From: Felis catus
Taxonomy: Eukaryota
Assembly (NCBI RefSeq): GCF_018350175.1
Contig: NC_058368.1
Location: 1,984,001-2,048,000 of the forward strand
DNA length: 64,000 nucleotides
Direction: 5' to 3'
The notes beneath the pieces are model-generated. The model saw nothing but the letters and a program-made list of their open reading frames with translations. It made no database searches and was not told where the DNA came from. Made by a program: the position numbers and the translations under genes. Below are positions 1-11,974 of this stretch, one piece after another. The stretch's first letter is position 1, and each line of letters begins with the position of its first letter.

Positions 1-43
1 AAAAATGAGGTAGTTATTAAGAACAAGAGGGGACAAAATTTCT

Positions 44-263
44 TTTTTTTTTTTTTTTTAACATTTATTTATTTTTGGGACAGAGAGAGACACACAGCAT
101 GAACGGGGGAGGGGCAGAGAGAGAGGGAGACACAGATACGGAAACAGGCTCCAGGCTCTGAGCCATCAGCCCAGAGCCTGATGCGGGGCTCGAACTCCCG
201 GACCGCGAGATCGTGACCTGGCTGAAGTCGGACGCTCAACCGACTGCGCCACCCAGGCGCCCC
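44..263 (-). mobile_element. CAN-SINE, young feline type
   Basis: Full length; 19-nt TSD aagaggggacaaaatttct at 25-43 and 264-282. Confidence 0.95.
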
Positions 264-504
264 AAGAGGGGACAAAATTTCTATAAGAAGAGAAACATAG
301 TCACAATATAGTATTCGGCTCCAAGGCTACTTAGTGTAGTCTTAGTAGTGATATTTCCATTGACAATTGATTTAAAAATTGTGATCGAACTCTATTAGGA
401 AACAGGGGTTGGTAAGGGGACTGTAAGAGAATCAGCAGGAAATGCTATTGATAAAAAATAGTTGAAATAAGTAAGTCAAGCAATAGCATTAAAAGTTTAT
501 TACA

Positions 505-724
505 GGGGCGCCTGGGTGGCGCAGTCGGTTAAGCGTCCGACTTCAGCCAGGTCATGATCTCGCGGTCCGTGAGTTCAAGCCCCGCGTCAGGCTCTGGGCT
601 GAGGGCTCAGAGCCTGGAGCCTGTTTCCGATTCTGTGTCTCCCTCTCTCTCTGCCCCTCCCCCGTTCATGCTCTGTCTCTCTCTGTCCCAAAAATAAATA
701 AAAACGTTGAAAAAAATTAAAAAA
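505..724 (+). mobile_element. CAN-SINE, young feline type
   Basis: ggggcgcctgggtggcgcagtcgg head, (CT)n, A tail; TSD aaaagtttattaca at 491-504 and 725-738. Confidence 0.95.
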
Positions 725-1110
725 AAAAGTTTATTACAAATGATGGAAATGCTAGAAGAAATAACATAGAAGACATGGGGGTTGTGTCTGGGGAGCAAGA
801 AATGGCAAGAGATGGACAGAGACTTTTTTTTAGTCATACAACTTTTTAAAAACTATACACATTTATTGTTTATAAAATTTAAAATTAGCTTTAAACAAAA
901 AAGAAGACATTACTCATCACTGAAACCAGTGGTCTTAAAACTTGTTTTGTTTAGAATGCTTTTTTGGGAAATCTCATGCAAGATAAAAGCACAGTTAATA
1001 TATGACAGAAGCAGGGGGCAGAGACCCTCTTGCCCTAGCAGCCTCTGAGACAACCCTTAGAAGCCACTAATTCTTAAGAAGAATTTAAAAATTGGACTCT
1101 CTCTGACCCA

Positions 1111-1852
1111 TGTTACTAATAAATCTGCAGAAGTTCTAACTTACCCAAAGTTATACAAAGCTGGGCTTTAGAATCAAAAAACCCCAGACTCCCTACCTAA
1201 GACTCTTTCACGTATACGGTCCTGCTTCAGAAATTTAAAAACAAAAGACACAGAGGCATCAATTAAAGCCAGTTCCTTTTTAGAGACAGGGAAAATGTAG
1301 ACACCTTTGATCCTGTTGGTGTAGGAGTTAGAGGCCAGTGGAAAGAAATAAATGAGTGTTGAGGCTTTCACAAGAGGCAAGGGACAATAAGGTCAAAGGA
1401 GAAAGAGAGGAAGTTAAGAGGTTGGCGTTATTACGCCGAGAGTGGCAACTAGGTATTATCTCAAGTACCTAGTTTGATCAAGCGATAAGATTTACTCCAA
1501 GCACTGAGTTGGATTTTGAGGCCGAGTCTGGGTTCAGCTGGAAGGTGTATCTTGATTGATTAGTGACGTCTGGCAAGAAAAGTAAGAGATTGCTGTGGTA
1601 GATGTGCTACGTATCTGCTATTCTTGTCTTATTTCTACAAGCTGTCATGATCCTTTTGGAGACATTAGGCACCAGCTTCAAGAAATAGGAAAACAGCGAT
1701 GCTGGGAAGTACCACATAGAGCAGCAAAGCAGCAAAGGAATAGGCAATGACGCTGCTGAACCAAAGACAAGTTGGGACGCACTGTAGATTTTTAGTTAAC
1801 TGCTCCTTGAGGAATAATGTGGTCTCTCCCTTGCCCAAGTGTAAATGACACA
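1111..1852. mobile_element. Possible degraded solo LTR (family not assigned)
   Basis: ~740-bp block bounded by TG...CA with LTR-like composition; no clear TSD. Confidence 0.3.
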
Positions 1853-1934
1853 TAAGAGATGAAGGGTAACTTACTTATCCTAAAATTCAGCAAGATGTTT
1901 GTCGATGCAGTGATTAATGCAAAACTAGAGAACT

Positions 1935-2055
1935 ATTCTCTCGGATCTGAGCTATCCAATATGGCAGCCATTAACCACATGTCGCTACTGAGCATGTGAA
2001 ATGTGGCTGGTGTGACTGAGGAATTGAATACTGAGTTTTCATTGGTTAAAACTGA
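1935..2055 (+). mobile_element. MER3-like hAT/Charlie DNA transposon fragment
   Basis: ctatccaatatggcagccattaaccacatgtcgctactgagcatgtgaaatgtggctggtgtgactgaggaattgaat resembles the recalled MER3 consensus. Confidence 0.7.
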
Positions 2056-2059
2056 ATTG

Positions 2060-4190
2060 CCTCTTCCAGATGGCGTAGACATACTTTTCCCTATTCCTTC
2101 CACTAAGTACAAGTAAAACTCTTAGACGTTATATATAAAAGAAACAAAAGACACTGAAAGGTGGACAGGAGGAGGCAGAACAGCTAGGGACCTCGTACCC
2201 AAGGAATGACACAGTGGTGAATTCCCTGGTTTTCCTTCTGCCTCGATGATCCAGACTTGAAGCTAAAGAAGTCAGCAAATTGGAATGCCAACAAGCACAG
2301 ACAAAAAGGGTCCCAACAAGGATCTGCTCTCTCCACCAAAGGAGAAAGAATAGGGTAGACTAGCAAGACGGCTTTTACACCATAACTGCTCTACTCCAGC
2401 CAACTGCCACAGAAAAAACGGTGGCACCATATACTTATCCTAAAATGCCATGCCAGCAAAGGCAGAGTGGGGGGCCTGGAGTTCTACCCTCGCAAGACTG
2501 AGATGAGGCTTCCTGCTGGGGTGATTTCAGAGAACTCCTAGCAGGATGCTGAGCTGTTCATCCCCGTTGGCTGGTAACGCCTTCCCCAACTTGGCAGTCT
2601 AAGTGGAAAATGTGGGGACACTGGACTTCGATACCTATGTCACCATAATGAGGCACCCTTTTCTCTCTGTCACTAGGGTGGTGTCAGAGAAGGCCTCCTG
2701 CCGGCGACAGGACTGCTTGGTGTTAATGAGGCCACCCTGACGTGATGTCAGCAGACACAACTTGGACGGCAGGTACTGCACCCCTGCTCAGCAGTAACGA
2801 TGAGACTTCTCTGTCCCTGAGCATCCAAAGAGGCCAAGTGGCGGCTTCTATCTCCACCAGGCAATAAGGAGGCAGTATGGCCCTCTTTCCTACCAGAGCA
2901 GTGTCAATGACAGCCACACAGAAGATCCAAAGTCTCGGATCATGATGCAAAATGGCCAGGTTTGAGGGGAGTATCATTTATCACAACAAGAAACAGTAAG
3001 ATCTTTAAAAAAAAATCAATAGACGACAACACGGAGATATCAGACTTGTCTAAGATAATAAACGCTTCAAAGAGCAACCACGCTTGAAAGCTTCAGCAAA
3101 AAAGTAGAAGATATAAAGAAGAAAGAAATGGAACTTTTTGAACTAAAAAATACGATAACTAAAATAAAGAGCTCGGTGGATGGGCTCAAGAGTAGAACGG
3201 AAGGACAGAGGAAAGAACCTGTGAACTAAAAGATAGAACAATAGAAATTATCCAACCTGAACAACAGCACAGAGATGGGGGTGGGGAATGAACAGAGCCT
3301 AGGGGATAACAAAACATGTAATACTTGTGTCCTCGGAGAACTGTAAGGAGATGAGAAGCGGGGCAGGGATGAAAAAGCAACCAATGAAACAATGGCCAGG
3401 AACTCAAAACTTTGGCAAGAGAAATGAACCTGCACGCTCAAGAATCCGAGCGCGGGGCACCTGGGTGGCTCAGTCGGTTGAGCCTTTGACTTCGGCTCAG
3501 GTCATGATCTCACTGTTCGTGAGTTCGAGCCCCACATGGGGCTCTGTGCTGACAGCTTGGAGCCTGGAACCTGCTTCGGATTCTGTGTCTCCCTTTCTCT
3601 GTGCCTCCCCAGCTCTCTCTCCCTCTCTCCTTCTCAAAAAAAAAAAAAAAAAAAAGGGATCTGAGTGAACCACAAACCAGGTAAACCCAAGGAAATCCAA
3701 GCCAACACATATCATAATTAAACTTCTGAAAAGCAATCAGAGAAAACATGTTGAAAGCAGTCAGAGAAAAATACCTGGTCTCTAGAAGGATAATAGAATG
3801 ACAACAGATTGTCATCAGAGACCGTGCAGGCTGGAAGGAAGTGACACACTCTTTGTCACATGCTGAAAGAACAGCTATCAATCTAGAATCCTACATCCAA
3901 AATAGGATTATACCTCGAATTTAGACATACCTAAAATATCTTTCAGAGCAAAAGGGGAAAGGAAGACATTCTCAGACGAAGGAAACAAGAAAATGTGTCG
4001 CCAGTTGATCTAACCCTAAAAGAGTGGATAAAGGACATCTTCTAACAAGAAAGGAAAAGACAAGAAAACCTCAGAACATCGGGAGGAAAGACACGGTCAG
4101 CAAAACTATCAGTAAATGCAGCAGGCTTTCCTTCTGGAGCTTTCTAAAGTATGCTTGATGGTGAAAACAGTTTTCAATGGTCTGATGTGA
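2060..4190 (+). mobile_element. Old L1 (L1M-type) 5' region and degenerate ORF1
   Basis: ORF1-like remnants: agaaattatccaacctgaa, cacatatcataattaaacttctgaaaa, atagaatgacaacagatt, caatctagaatcctacatcc, gacattctcagac. Interrupted by a SINE. Confidence 0.7.
3454..3655 (+). mobile_element. CAN-SINE inserted in the old L1
   Basis: SINE head, CT tract and A20 tail. Confidence 0.9.
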
Positions 4191-5118
4191 GTTGCAAAAG
4201 AAAAACAAAGTTGCCATTCAAGCTAACGTGTTCCCTTTAACCGTGGGCCCTATGTATTTCATCTCAATGTTCAACAACAATAGAATGTTTCTTCCTTTCT
4301 ACAGTGAATAAGCACATTTTGCCCAGTCACTTTAAGCTACCATTTTTGCAAATTGAAATTCTCTTACTAAGGAAAAGTTCTTTACTGATGGAAAACGATA
4401 TAATTAATGGTTAATAATGCCAGCATAGTACTACTTACAAACATGCACAAAGATCTTTTTTATATTATGCTGAATTTTTGCCAGTGGAAATAAGATATTA
4501 ATGAAGTACCGGGGCTTTAAAGGTGGTTTATAAGTAAAATCTGGAAGATGCAGGATGAGTTTGATAAACTCCATCTTAAAAATTTCCAACTGAATAATGG
4601 TTTGGACCACAGGACGTTCAGAGGAAGTCTGCCACGCTGGATAGCGTCTTTCTCTCCGTGATTTGTGTTTAGATTTAGCAAGGGACACGTAACGTGCCAA
4701 GTGCGAAGAAGGAAACTACGAAGGAATGTGGTATTTGTTCCCTCAGTGCACTCCAATCACACCCAGCGATGACCACGGATGCACCGAAGCCGGGCCTGGC
4801 TGTGTCCTTGCAACATCCTGAGCGGAGGATTCACTTCCTGTGGAATTTGTCAAAAACACTGAAGCAGTCTGTTCACGGTAATCTGTTATCTGGCCATCAG
4901 CCCAGTTAAACAATTCACTTCAGCTGAGCAGGAAGGAGAAGTTGAAGAGCGAGAAGCGAATGGAAATCTTCTGGGATTCCCTTAGGGGCCGCCACTCAAA
5001 AAGTGCATAATATTAGGACCATTGCTTTTTAAGGATATTCAAATGAATATGAAGCATACACAAATATGTCCTACCTCTTTCAAAATAAGAGGAACATCAA
5101 GCAAAAGTATATCAAAGG

Positions 5119-5145
5119 CACACACACACACACACACACACACAC
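5119..5145. repeat. (CA)n microsatellite
   Basis: Seen directly. Confidence 0.9.
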
Positions 5146-5669
5146 TTTAATCTAGTCAATGGACAAAGATCAAAAAGGTTGGTAATACACAGTGCATTTG
5201 GCAAGGCAGTAAGTAAATACTCTTGTGTATTTTTATTGGGAGTACATACTGGTATAATACCTGTTGGCAGGTGAAAGATTTGCTTTTACCCTACTTATGA
5301 GCTAAGAAGTCAGTCTATTACTCCTTCATGAATCCTGAAATCAGACAAGGGACTCCAGGATCAGACACACAGGACTTTATTACTCACAGTACACTTGTGA
5401 TGAGAAGTACCATGCGGTATAATAAAGCATGACAAGTTTCTGTAAGTGTGGGCTCGGATTGCCAAGTGAAGGAAACAGATGCAGAAAAGTACACGTAACG
5501 TTCTCGCATTTGTGTAGGTGGGGCAAAATATACGTGCATACGTGTTTCCTTGTGCTGTGTGTGCGTGAGAGGTGTCCTTTCTCTAAGGACATGATAAACT
5601 GAGGTGAAGTCAATGGCTGAGACAAGGAGTAGGAGACATTTCATTGTATATCCTTTTTACACGTTTGGA

Positions 5670-5884
5670 TTTTTTTTTCTTTTTTTAACGTTTATTGATT
5701 TTCGAGAGAGAGAGAGAGAGAGCGCGTGTGCGAGTGGGGGAGGGGCGAGAGAGGGGGACAGAGGATCCAAAACAGGCTCTGTGCCAACAACACAGAGCCC
5801 AACGCAGGGCTCGAACTCACAAACCATGAGATCATGACCTGAGCCGAAGTCAGACGCTCCACGACTGAGCCACCCCGGTGCCCC
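5670..5884 (-). mobile_element. CAN-SINE
   Basis: Reverse-oriented SINE body with T tail. Confidence 0.9.
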
Positions 5885-5985
5885 TACATGTTCTGATTTT
5901 TAAATCATGTGATTGTACCTATTCAAAAGATTAACCCCCAAAAAAGAAAGTATTATCTTTTCTGAAATTCCACCAACCATTTTAA

Positions 5986-6214
5986 TTTTTTAAATGCTTA
6001 TTATTTTTTATCGTTTATTTATTATTGAGAGACAGAGGGAGACAGAGCATGAGCAGGGGAGGGGCAGAGGGAGGAGGAGACACAGAATCGGAAGCAGGCC
6101 CCAGGCCCCGAGCTGTCAGCCCAGAGCCCGACACTGGGCTCGAACCCACAGACCGCGAGATCATGACCTGAGCCGAAGTCGGAGGCTCAACCGACTGAGC
6201 CCCCCGGGCGCCCC
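5986..6214 (-). mobile_element. CAN-SINE
   Basis: 17-nt TSD tccaccaaccattttaa at 5969-5985 and 6215-6231. Confidence 0.92.
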
Positions 6215-6598
6215 TCCACCAACCATTTTAAACCTAATCAGGGCACTACACCGTTCCCTCTCCATTTGAGCACTTCATGCAGGGGGATCGGCTCGTATCA
6301 TGATTGATTTCATCACCCGCCAGACACTTTCAATATCTCACTCGATCCGCTGGGCTTCGACTTCTTGTGTATAAACCGAAAGCCCATTTTTGCCACACCT
6401 CAGACCCTTCCTTCCTGAGCCAGCTCCCCCCCCCCATCCCCCCCGGTCTGGGCGGCGCCTGTCCCTCCCCTCTCGTGACAGTGCCTCCAGCAGCTGGCAA
6501 CCCTAGCCGCACACGGGTCACTGGGAAGCAAGTCACAGATTAAAGCGGGAAGTTACACATTCAGCACGAGGTGACACCGAGGGATTTGGATTCAAACT

Positions 6599-6604
6599 TT
6601 TAAT
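6599..6604 (-). terminator. Probable distal polyadenylation signal ATTAAA
   Basis: Plus-strand tttaat at the end of the AT-rich UTR block; minus strand continues ...CCCTCGGTGTCACCTCGTGCTGAATGTGT. Confidence 0.6.
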
Positions 6605-7202
6605 AATAAATTGTGCCAGTAGAAGCTTTTCAAAGGCAATGATAATATCAATAAATAATAGTTAAATTGAGTTCCTGAGAAAGAACCTACCACATGAAAG
6701 TATGTCAGCGCGGAAAATAACGGGCTTTACTACAAAATAGCGAAAATACTGAGTCACAGTACAAGCACAGCAGACTTCAGAATTTGCCATTCATACAATG
6801 TAAACCAGTACAGTTTCGTTTGTTTGTTTAGTTTAGACACTGATAAACTTGTGAGTGTTGTTGCCTAGATATACACTAAATAATGGATACGTTATGCTAA
6901 AAACTTCGAGGAAAAATATGTGGAATAATATAATGAAAAATACGATGCGTCAGGTTTTTAAAAAGCAAAAAAGAATTGAACTTTTAACTCAGATATAAAT
7001 CACTTTAAATAGGAATCATACTAATTTGAAAAAAGGAATATTTGGTGTGTTTATCTATGTAGTTATATATACATCTACACTTCTAAGAAAATATGTATGG
7101 CTTCATTTTTTTTTATTCCAATGTCACTTTGAATAATCCTTGCTGTTTTACAAAGATTAGAAAAATGTACTGTTAAAACCCAGTTAAGTTTGATACTTCA
7201 AA

Positions 7203-7209
7203 GCACACG

Positions 7210-7257
<48 letters not shown>
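7203..7257. repeat. (CG)5(CA)20 microsatellite in the LATS2 3'UTR
   Basis: Seen directly. Confidence 0.95.
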
Positions 7258-7259
<2 letters not shown>

Positions 7260-8428
7260 TGTGGAAGAACTAAATTCCATCCTGGTAGCCATACCTCGGC
7301 TGTCCAAGACCACAGGAGGAACGACGTCACGAAACCTCTCAGTGGCAGTAGGTCACCGCCACTGGGTTCCACGTGTCCGCGATGCCGGTGAGAGTGTCCG
7401 GACGAGCGAAACGGACACAGACCCAGGATGAACTTAAAATTTTTGGCATGGCTAAATTAATCCCTTTTGACGTATACGAGTTTAGTATATGACAAGTGTT
7501 GAAGTTTGCCCCCCAAGACACACACACAAAGATCGCTTCTCAGTTACACATCTGCGTTTCTTTAACAAAACAGTAAGGGTTACAATCACAGCGAAGAAGT
7601 CACCCACACGATACGTTATCAGCACACTGTCTAGAACATCTCATTTAAAGATACTCAGTAAAAACATATTCACAGAACCTGCTGTGAATGGCAAGATATG
7701 GTAATTTTATAATAGAAAAACCCTGCTCATGCAGTACTCTCTACATACCAGACATCTGAAATCACACCCACATGATCACCTTGCTCACACTTTCTATTAT
7801 ACTATAATATGCAAAAAGCAAAAAAAAAAAAAAAAGCAGCTTTTAACATTATATCACAATTTTGAAATGTGGGAAAAAATATAAAACAAAAACCACTGTG
7901 TGAATAAAATGGCATCAGTAATATCAGAACAGTGTTATCTTTTTTTTTTTTTACACATTATTGCACAGAGATTTCTTATCACATGTTCTTCAGTTTTTAT
8001 GTCTTTTCCTAAATGTGAATAAGTGCTATGGATAAAATACAAATGTAGAAATTAACAGCAGCATGATTTGTCAAAGTTAATCCCTATAATTTAGTAAGAA
8101 AATGGCTATAAACAAAATAAGTGCTCTTTCTAAACTGTACTAAGTTTTAAAAATATTGTTTTAATGCAGTGAAGGTCCTCGAAAGCCAATTCAAAGCAAT
8201 GTCGACACCCGCCCCCCCCATCCCCATCATTCGGAACCTGTTAGGCTTGAGTCCTCACGTAAAAAGCTTTCTTGTTTCTTTTGGGGGTTTTGGTGGAGAC
8301 CAGAACTTCCACTGCCAGACTCAACCCACCTTGAACACGGCTGAGCTCAGCTGTCCACCGGGCCTGCGGGGAGACCGGCCGCGGGCACCCCGGGCTCCCG
8401 CGGAGGCAGAGCGTCGGCGAAGCTGAGT

Positions 8429-8923
8429 CTACACATACACTGGCTGGCACCCTTCGGTCTGATCCCCCATATCAGAATTTTCCACGTCAGAGTCCTCGGC
8501 CTGTGAAGCGTCTGCTCCCGAAGGCTTTGGGCACCTAAAGGGGTAGCCGTTGTCATCAAAGAACCTCCGGAAAGTGAATTCATAAAACGCGTGCTCAGGG
8601 TGTTTGTTGTTGGGAGAGGTGAGCGTGTCCCAGGCCTTAGTGCTGTCTTCACTAGCGTCATTCCAAGGGCTCTCTTCGTCTACGGGGTCAAAGTTGGAGG
8701 TGTCCATGGGGTGGCTGATCTTGGGCACATAGGGGGCCGGCTGCTTCCGGATGTCACTGGAGAAGTCGATGGCCCCGAAGAAGGGGTGGGCCTTCAGATC
8801 GTCGGCCCCGTTCCTCCCCAGGCGCTGGTCAGCAGCACAGCACAGTTTGGTGATAAGGTCCCGGGCTTCGGCACTCAGCTTGACCTGGGCTGGAATGTGG
8901 AGCGTGTTCTCCCAGTTTATCAC
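8429..8923 (-). CDS. LATS2: LATS2 last coding exon (exon 8 equivalent), 495 coding nt: AGC C-terminal tail with the hydrophobic motif, TAG stop
   Basis: VINWENTLHIP...HPFF...DTSNFDP...HAFYEFTFRRFFDDNG...EGCQPVYV*. Acceptor CTGCAG; stop at 8431-8429. Confidence 0.98.
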   Translation of the reverse strand: MINWENTLHIPAQVKLSAEARDLITKLCCAADQRLGRNGADDLKAHPFFGAIDFSSDIRKQPAPYVPKISHPMDTSNFDPVDEESPWNDASEDSTKAWDTLTSPNNKHPEHAFYEFTFRRFFDDNGYPFRCPKPSGADASQAEDSDVENSDMGDQTEGCQPVYV

Positions 8924-9589
8924 CTGCAGAGACGACAGAACCAAAGTTTTCCCCTCTGTGCGCTTTTCACGGCCAATGTGAGGCCGTTGTGAGGCTACGT
9001 GACGAGGTGGCTTTTAAATACTTTGACCTTCGTGATGGGAGAACGATTAGAATAGGAGTACTGGCGCCACCCTGAGCAGCTGTCAAAGGCCAGTGCCGCC
9101 GAGGAGGGGGCTCACAGGCTGAGGCAGAGGGGAATGAAGCCAAATACAGACCAAAAGACACTGATTTTCTTGGATCAGGAATACACGTCAGCAGGAGAAT
9201 TTTGTTATTTCTGTAAGAACGAAGAGGCTGACCCTCTAGGACTTCTGGCTGAGACATGTTCAGCTGGAGTGTCAGTTAAACAAACAAACAAACAAGGCAA
9301 CCCTACAGAGGAGGAGAATAAAGGTGCTGGCCCTATGGCTTTCGCCTCATGTTCACAGTCAACTGCACAGACTAGACATCGACATGTTCTGCAAATATAC
9401 TGGTTACGAAACGTGGCTACCGTGAAGAGGAAACTGAAGGGCCTTCTTTATCATTTATACTCAGAGTCGGGATAAAGCAAGGCCAAACTAATGGGCTACG
9501 GGCTGGGGTGATGGGGCACTGGGTGAGGCATGGAGGTAGCTGAGTGTATGGGTGGGAGGGCTGGTCTGAACTTGAGTAGATGTTCTAGT

Positions 9590-10632
9590 AGAGCTAAAAC
9601 TGTAAAAGTCATAGAAGAAGACGGGAAAATACTCATGACATTAGATATGGCAATGATCTCTTGGAAGACACCAAAAGCACAGGCAACAAAAAAGTACCTA
9701 AAACGGACTTCAGCAAAATTTAAAACTTTTATGCACCAAAGGACACCATGAACAGAGTGGAAAGGTAACTCCCAGAATGGGAGAATATATTTGCAAAGTG
9801 TTTCCCTGATCAGGGATTAATGTCCAGAATATATAAAGAACTCCTACAATTCAACAACAAAAACCACTTGATTTAAAAAGGGCAAAAGACTTAAATAGAC
9901 ATTCTCCAAAGAAGATGTACAGATGTCCAATAAGCACACGAAGAAAGGCTCAGTTGCTAATCATCAGGGAAATATAAATCAGAGCCACAATAAGATACCA
10001 CCTCACACCCACAGGATGACAACTTAAAGTAAGTCGATGAAGACGGAAGAGACTGGAACCCTGGGCACCGGTGACGGACGTGTACAATCAGGCAGCCACT
10101 GTACCGAACAGTGTGGTGGTTCCTCAAAACGTTAAACACAGAATGACCCTATGACCTGGCCATCGCACTTCTGGGTGTAAAGCCGCAAAATGAGAGCAGG
10201 GACGCAGGTTCTTGAATACGTTCTTCGCGTTAGCCAAAAGGTAGAAGCGACCCAAGTGTGCGCCACCAGATGACGGGTAAATAAATGTGGTTCACACACA
10301 CAGTGGAATATTCCTCAGCCTCAGCGAGGAAGGAAGTTGTGACACATGCTACAACGCGGATGAACTCTGAAGACGTGATGCTCAGGGAAAGAAGCCAGTC
10401 GTGAAATGAGGTGCCTCGAACAGGCAACTTCCCAGAGACCAGAAGAGGGGTTACGGGGTCCGGAGGAGGCAGGAATGGGGAGCTGCTGTTTCCTGGGTAC
10501 GGTTTCTGTTTGGGAGGATCAAAGTTTCTGGAAATAGGGAGCGGTTAGAGTTGCACAACACTGTGAGTGCACTTAATGCCACTGGACTGTAAAATTAAAA
10601 CTGGCTAAAGTGGTAAATTTTATCACAATAAA
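9590..10632 (+). mobile_element. Old L1 (L1MB-like) 3' end in the last LATS2 intron
   Basis: ORF2 3'/3'UTR remnants: acaccaaaagcacaggcaacaaaa, cagaatgggagaatatatttgcaa, aatagacattctccaaagaagat, ttaatgccactggactgt. Confidence 0.85.
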
Positions 10633-10876
10633 AATATTGGGTTATCATCATGCAGGCAAATTAGTAAATTAGTGGCTGGTTTGGCAATTCAATTAGGATG
10701 CAGATAATGTCAAATTCCAATTTTATTGTTACCAATGTGGAAACTAAGCCTTCATTTAGGGTTTTTCTAAATAAGGGATCATTAATTTAGGGTCTAACAC
10801 AGACTCTGGGACACATGAATACTTCACAGAATTGTTAGTAAACACGCACGCTGGTGGGTAAGTTCTAAGAAGTACC

Positions 10877-11072
10877 GGGGCGCCTGGGCGGCTCAGTCGG
10901 TTAAGTGTCCGACTCTTGATTTTGGCTCAGGTCATGATCTCAAGGTCTCAAGATGGAGCCCGCACTGGGCTGTGTGCTGGGTGTGGAGTCTGTTTAAGAT
11001 TCATTCTCTCTCTCTCTGTCTCTCTGTTTCTCTCTCTCCCCCTCCCCTGCTCACACACACATGCTCTTTTCT

Positions 11073-11123
<51 letters not shown>
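10877..11123 (+). mobile_element. CAN-SINE with an A50 tail
   Basis: SINE head; uninterrupted A run at 11074-11123. Confidence 0.9.
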
Positions 11124-11127
<4 letters not shown>

Positions 11128-11211
11128 TTCCAAAGATTCCATCAGATTCTCAATTCAATCCTTCTTAAGTAATCAAAGCATTTATATCAGAGGACAAATG
11201 GCTATCACTCC

Positions 11212-11407
11212 TTTTAAATGTTTATTTACTTTGGAGAGAGCACGAGCGGGCGAGCAGGGAAGGGGCAGAGAGAGAAAGGGGGACACAGGATCCAAAGCAG
11301 GCTCCACCCTGATAGCACAGAGCCTAATGTGGGGCTTGAACTCATGAACCGTGAGATCATGACCCAGGCCGAAGTCGGACGCCTGACTGAGCCGCCCAGG
11401 TGCTCCT
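11212..11407 (-). mobile_element. CAN-SINE
   Basis: Reverse-oriented SINE body. Confidence 0.88.
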
Positions 11408-11737
11408 AAATAGCTATCATTCTAAAACTATTTAGTATTAAATGATGGACAGAGGACTTAATTATTTCAAATTAATATTAGAAATACGTACTGCAAGCCT
11501 GACTGCGTAGTTGATAATCTGCGGACAGATTACTGTTGATAAAACCTCCAAACAAAGAACTGATTTCTTTAAATCCAGTTCCTAAAGGTTTCAGTGTCTT
11601 TTGCCCGGTAGGCACAGGTGGCGACGGAAAATGGAGGTACACGGATCTAACGGTGCGGCTTCACTTGATTAAACAAAAATTTTATAGAGCTAATAATAGT
11701 AACACTTTGACAGCATGCAACTGACACTCCTACGCTA

Positions 11738-11974
<237 letters not shown>

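Larger units (their letters stand above)
6580..8428 (-). other. LATS2: LATS2 3' UTR (~1.85 kb; 3' end approximate)
   Basis: AT-rich sequence with no interspersed repeats follows the stop codon and carries many miRNA seed matches. ATTAAA at 6604-6599 is followed by GU-rich sequence. Confidence 0.75.

Noticed and set aside
4190..5000. Unique-looking segment between old L1 fragments, considered as a processed pseudogene or unknown exon
   Set aside because: No recognisable protein in any frame and no poly(A)/TSD structure. A BLASTN/TBLASTX search would be needed to say more.
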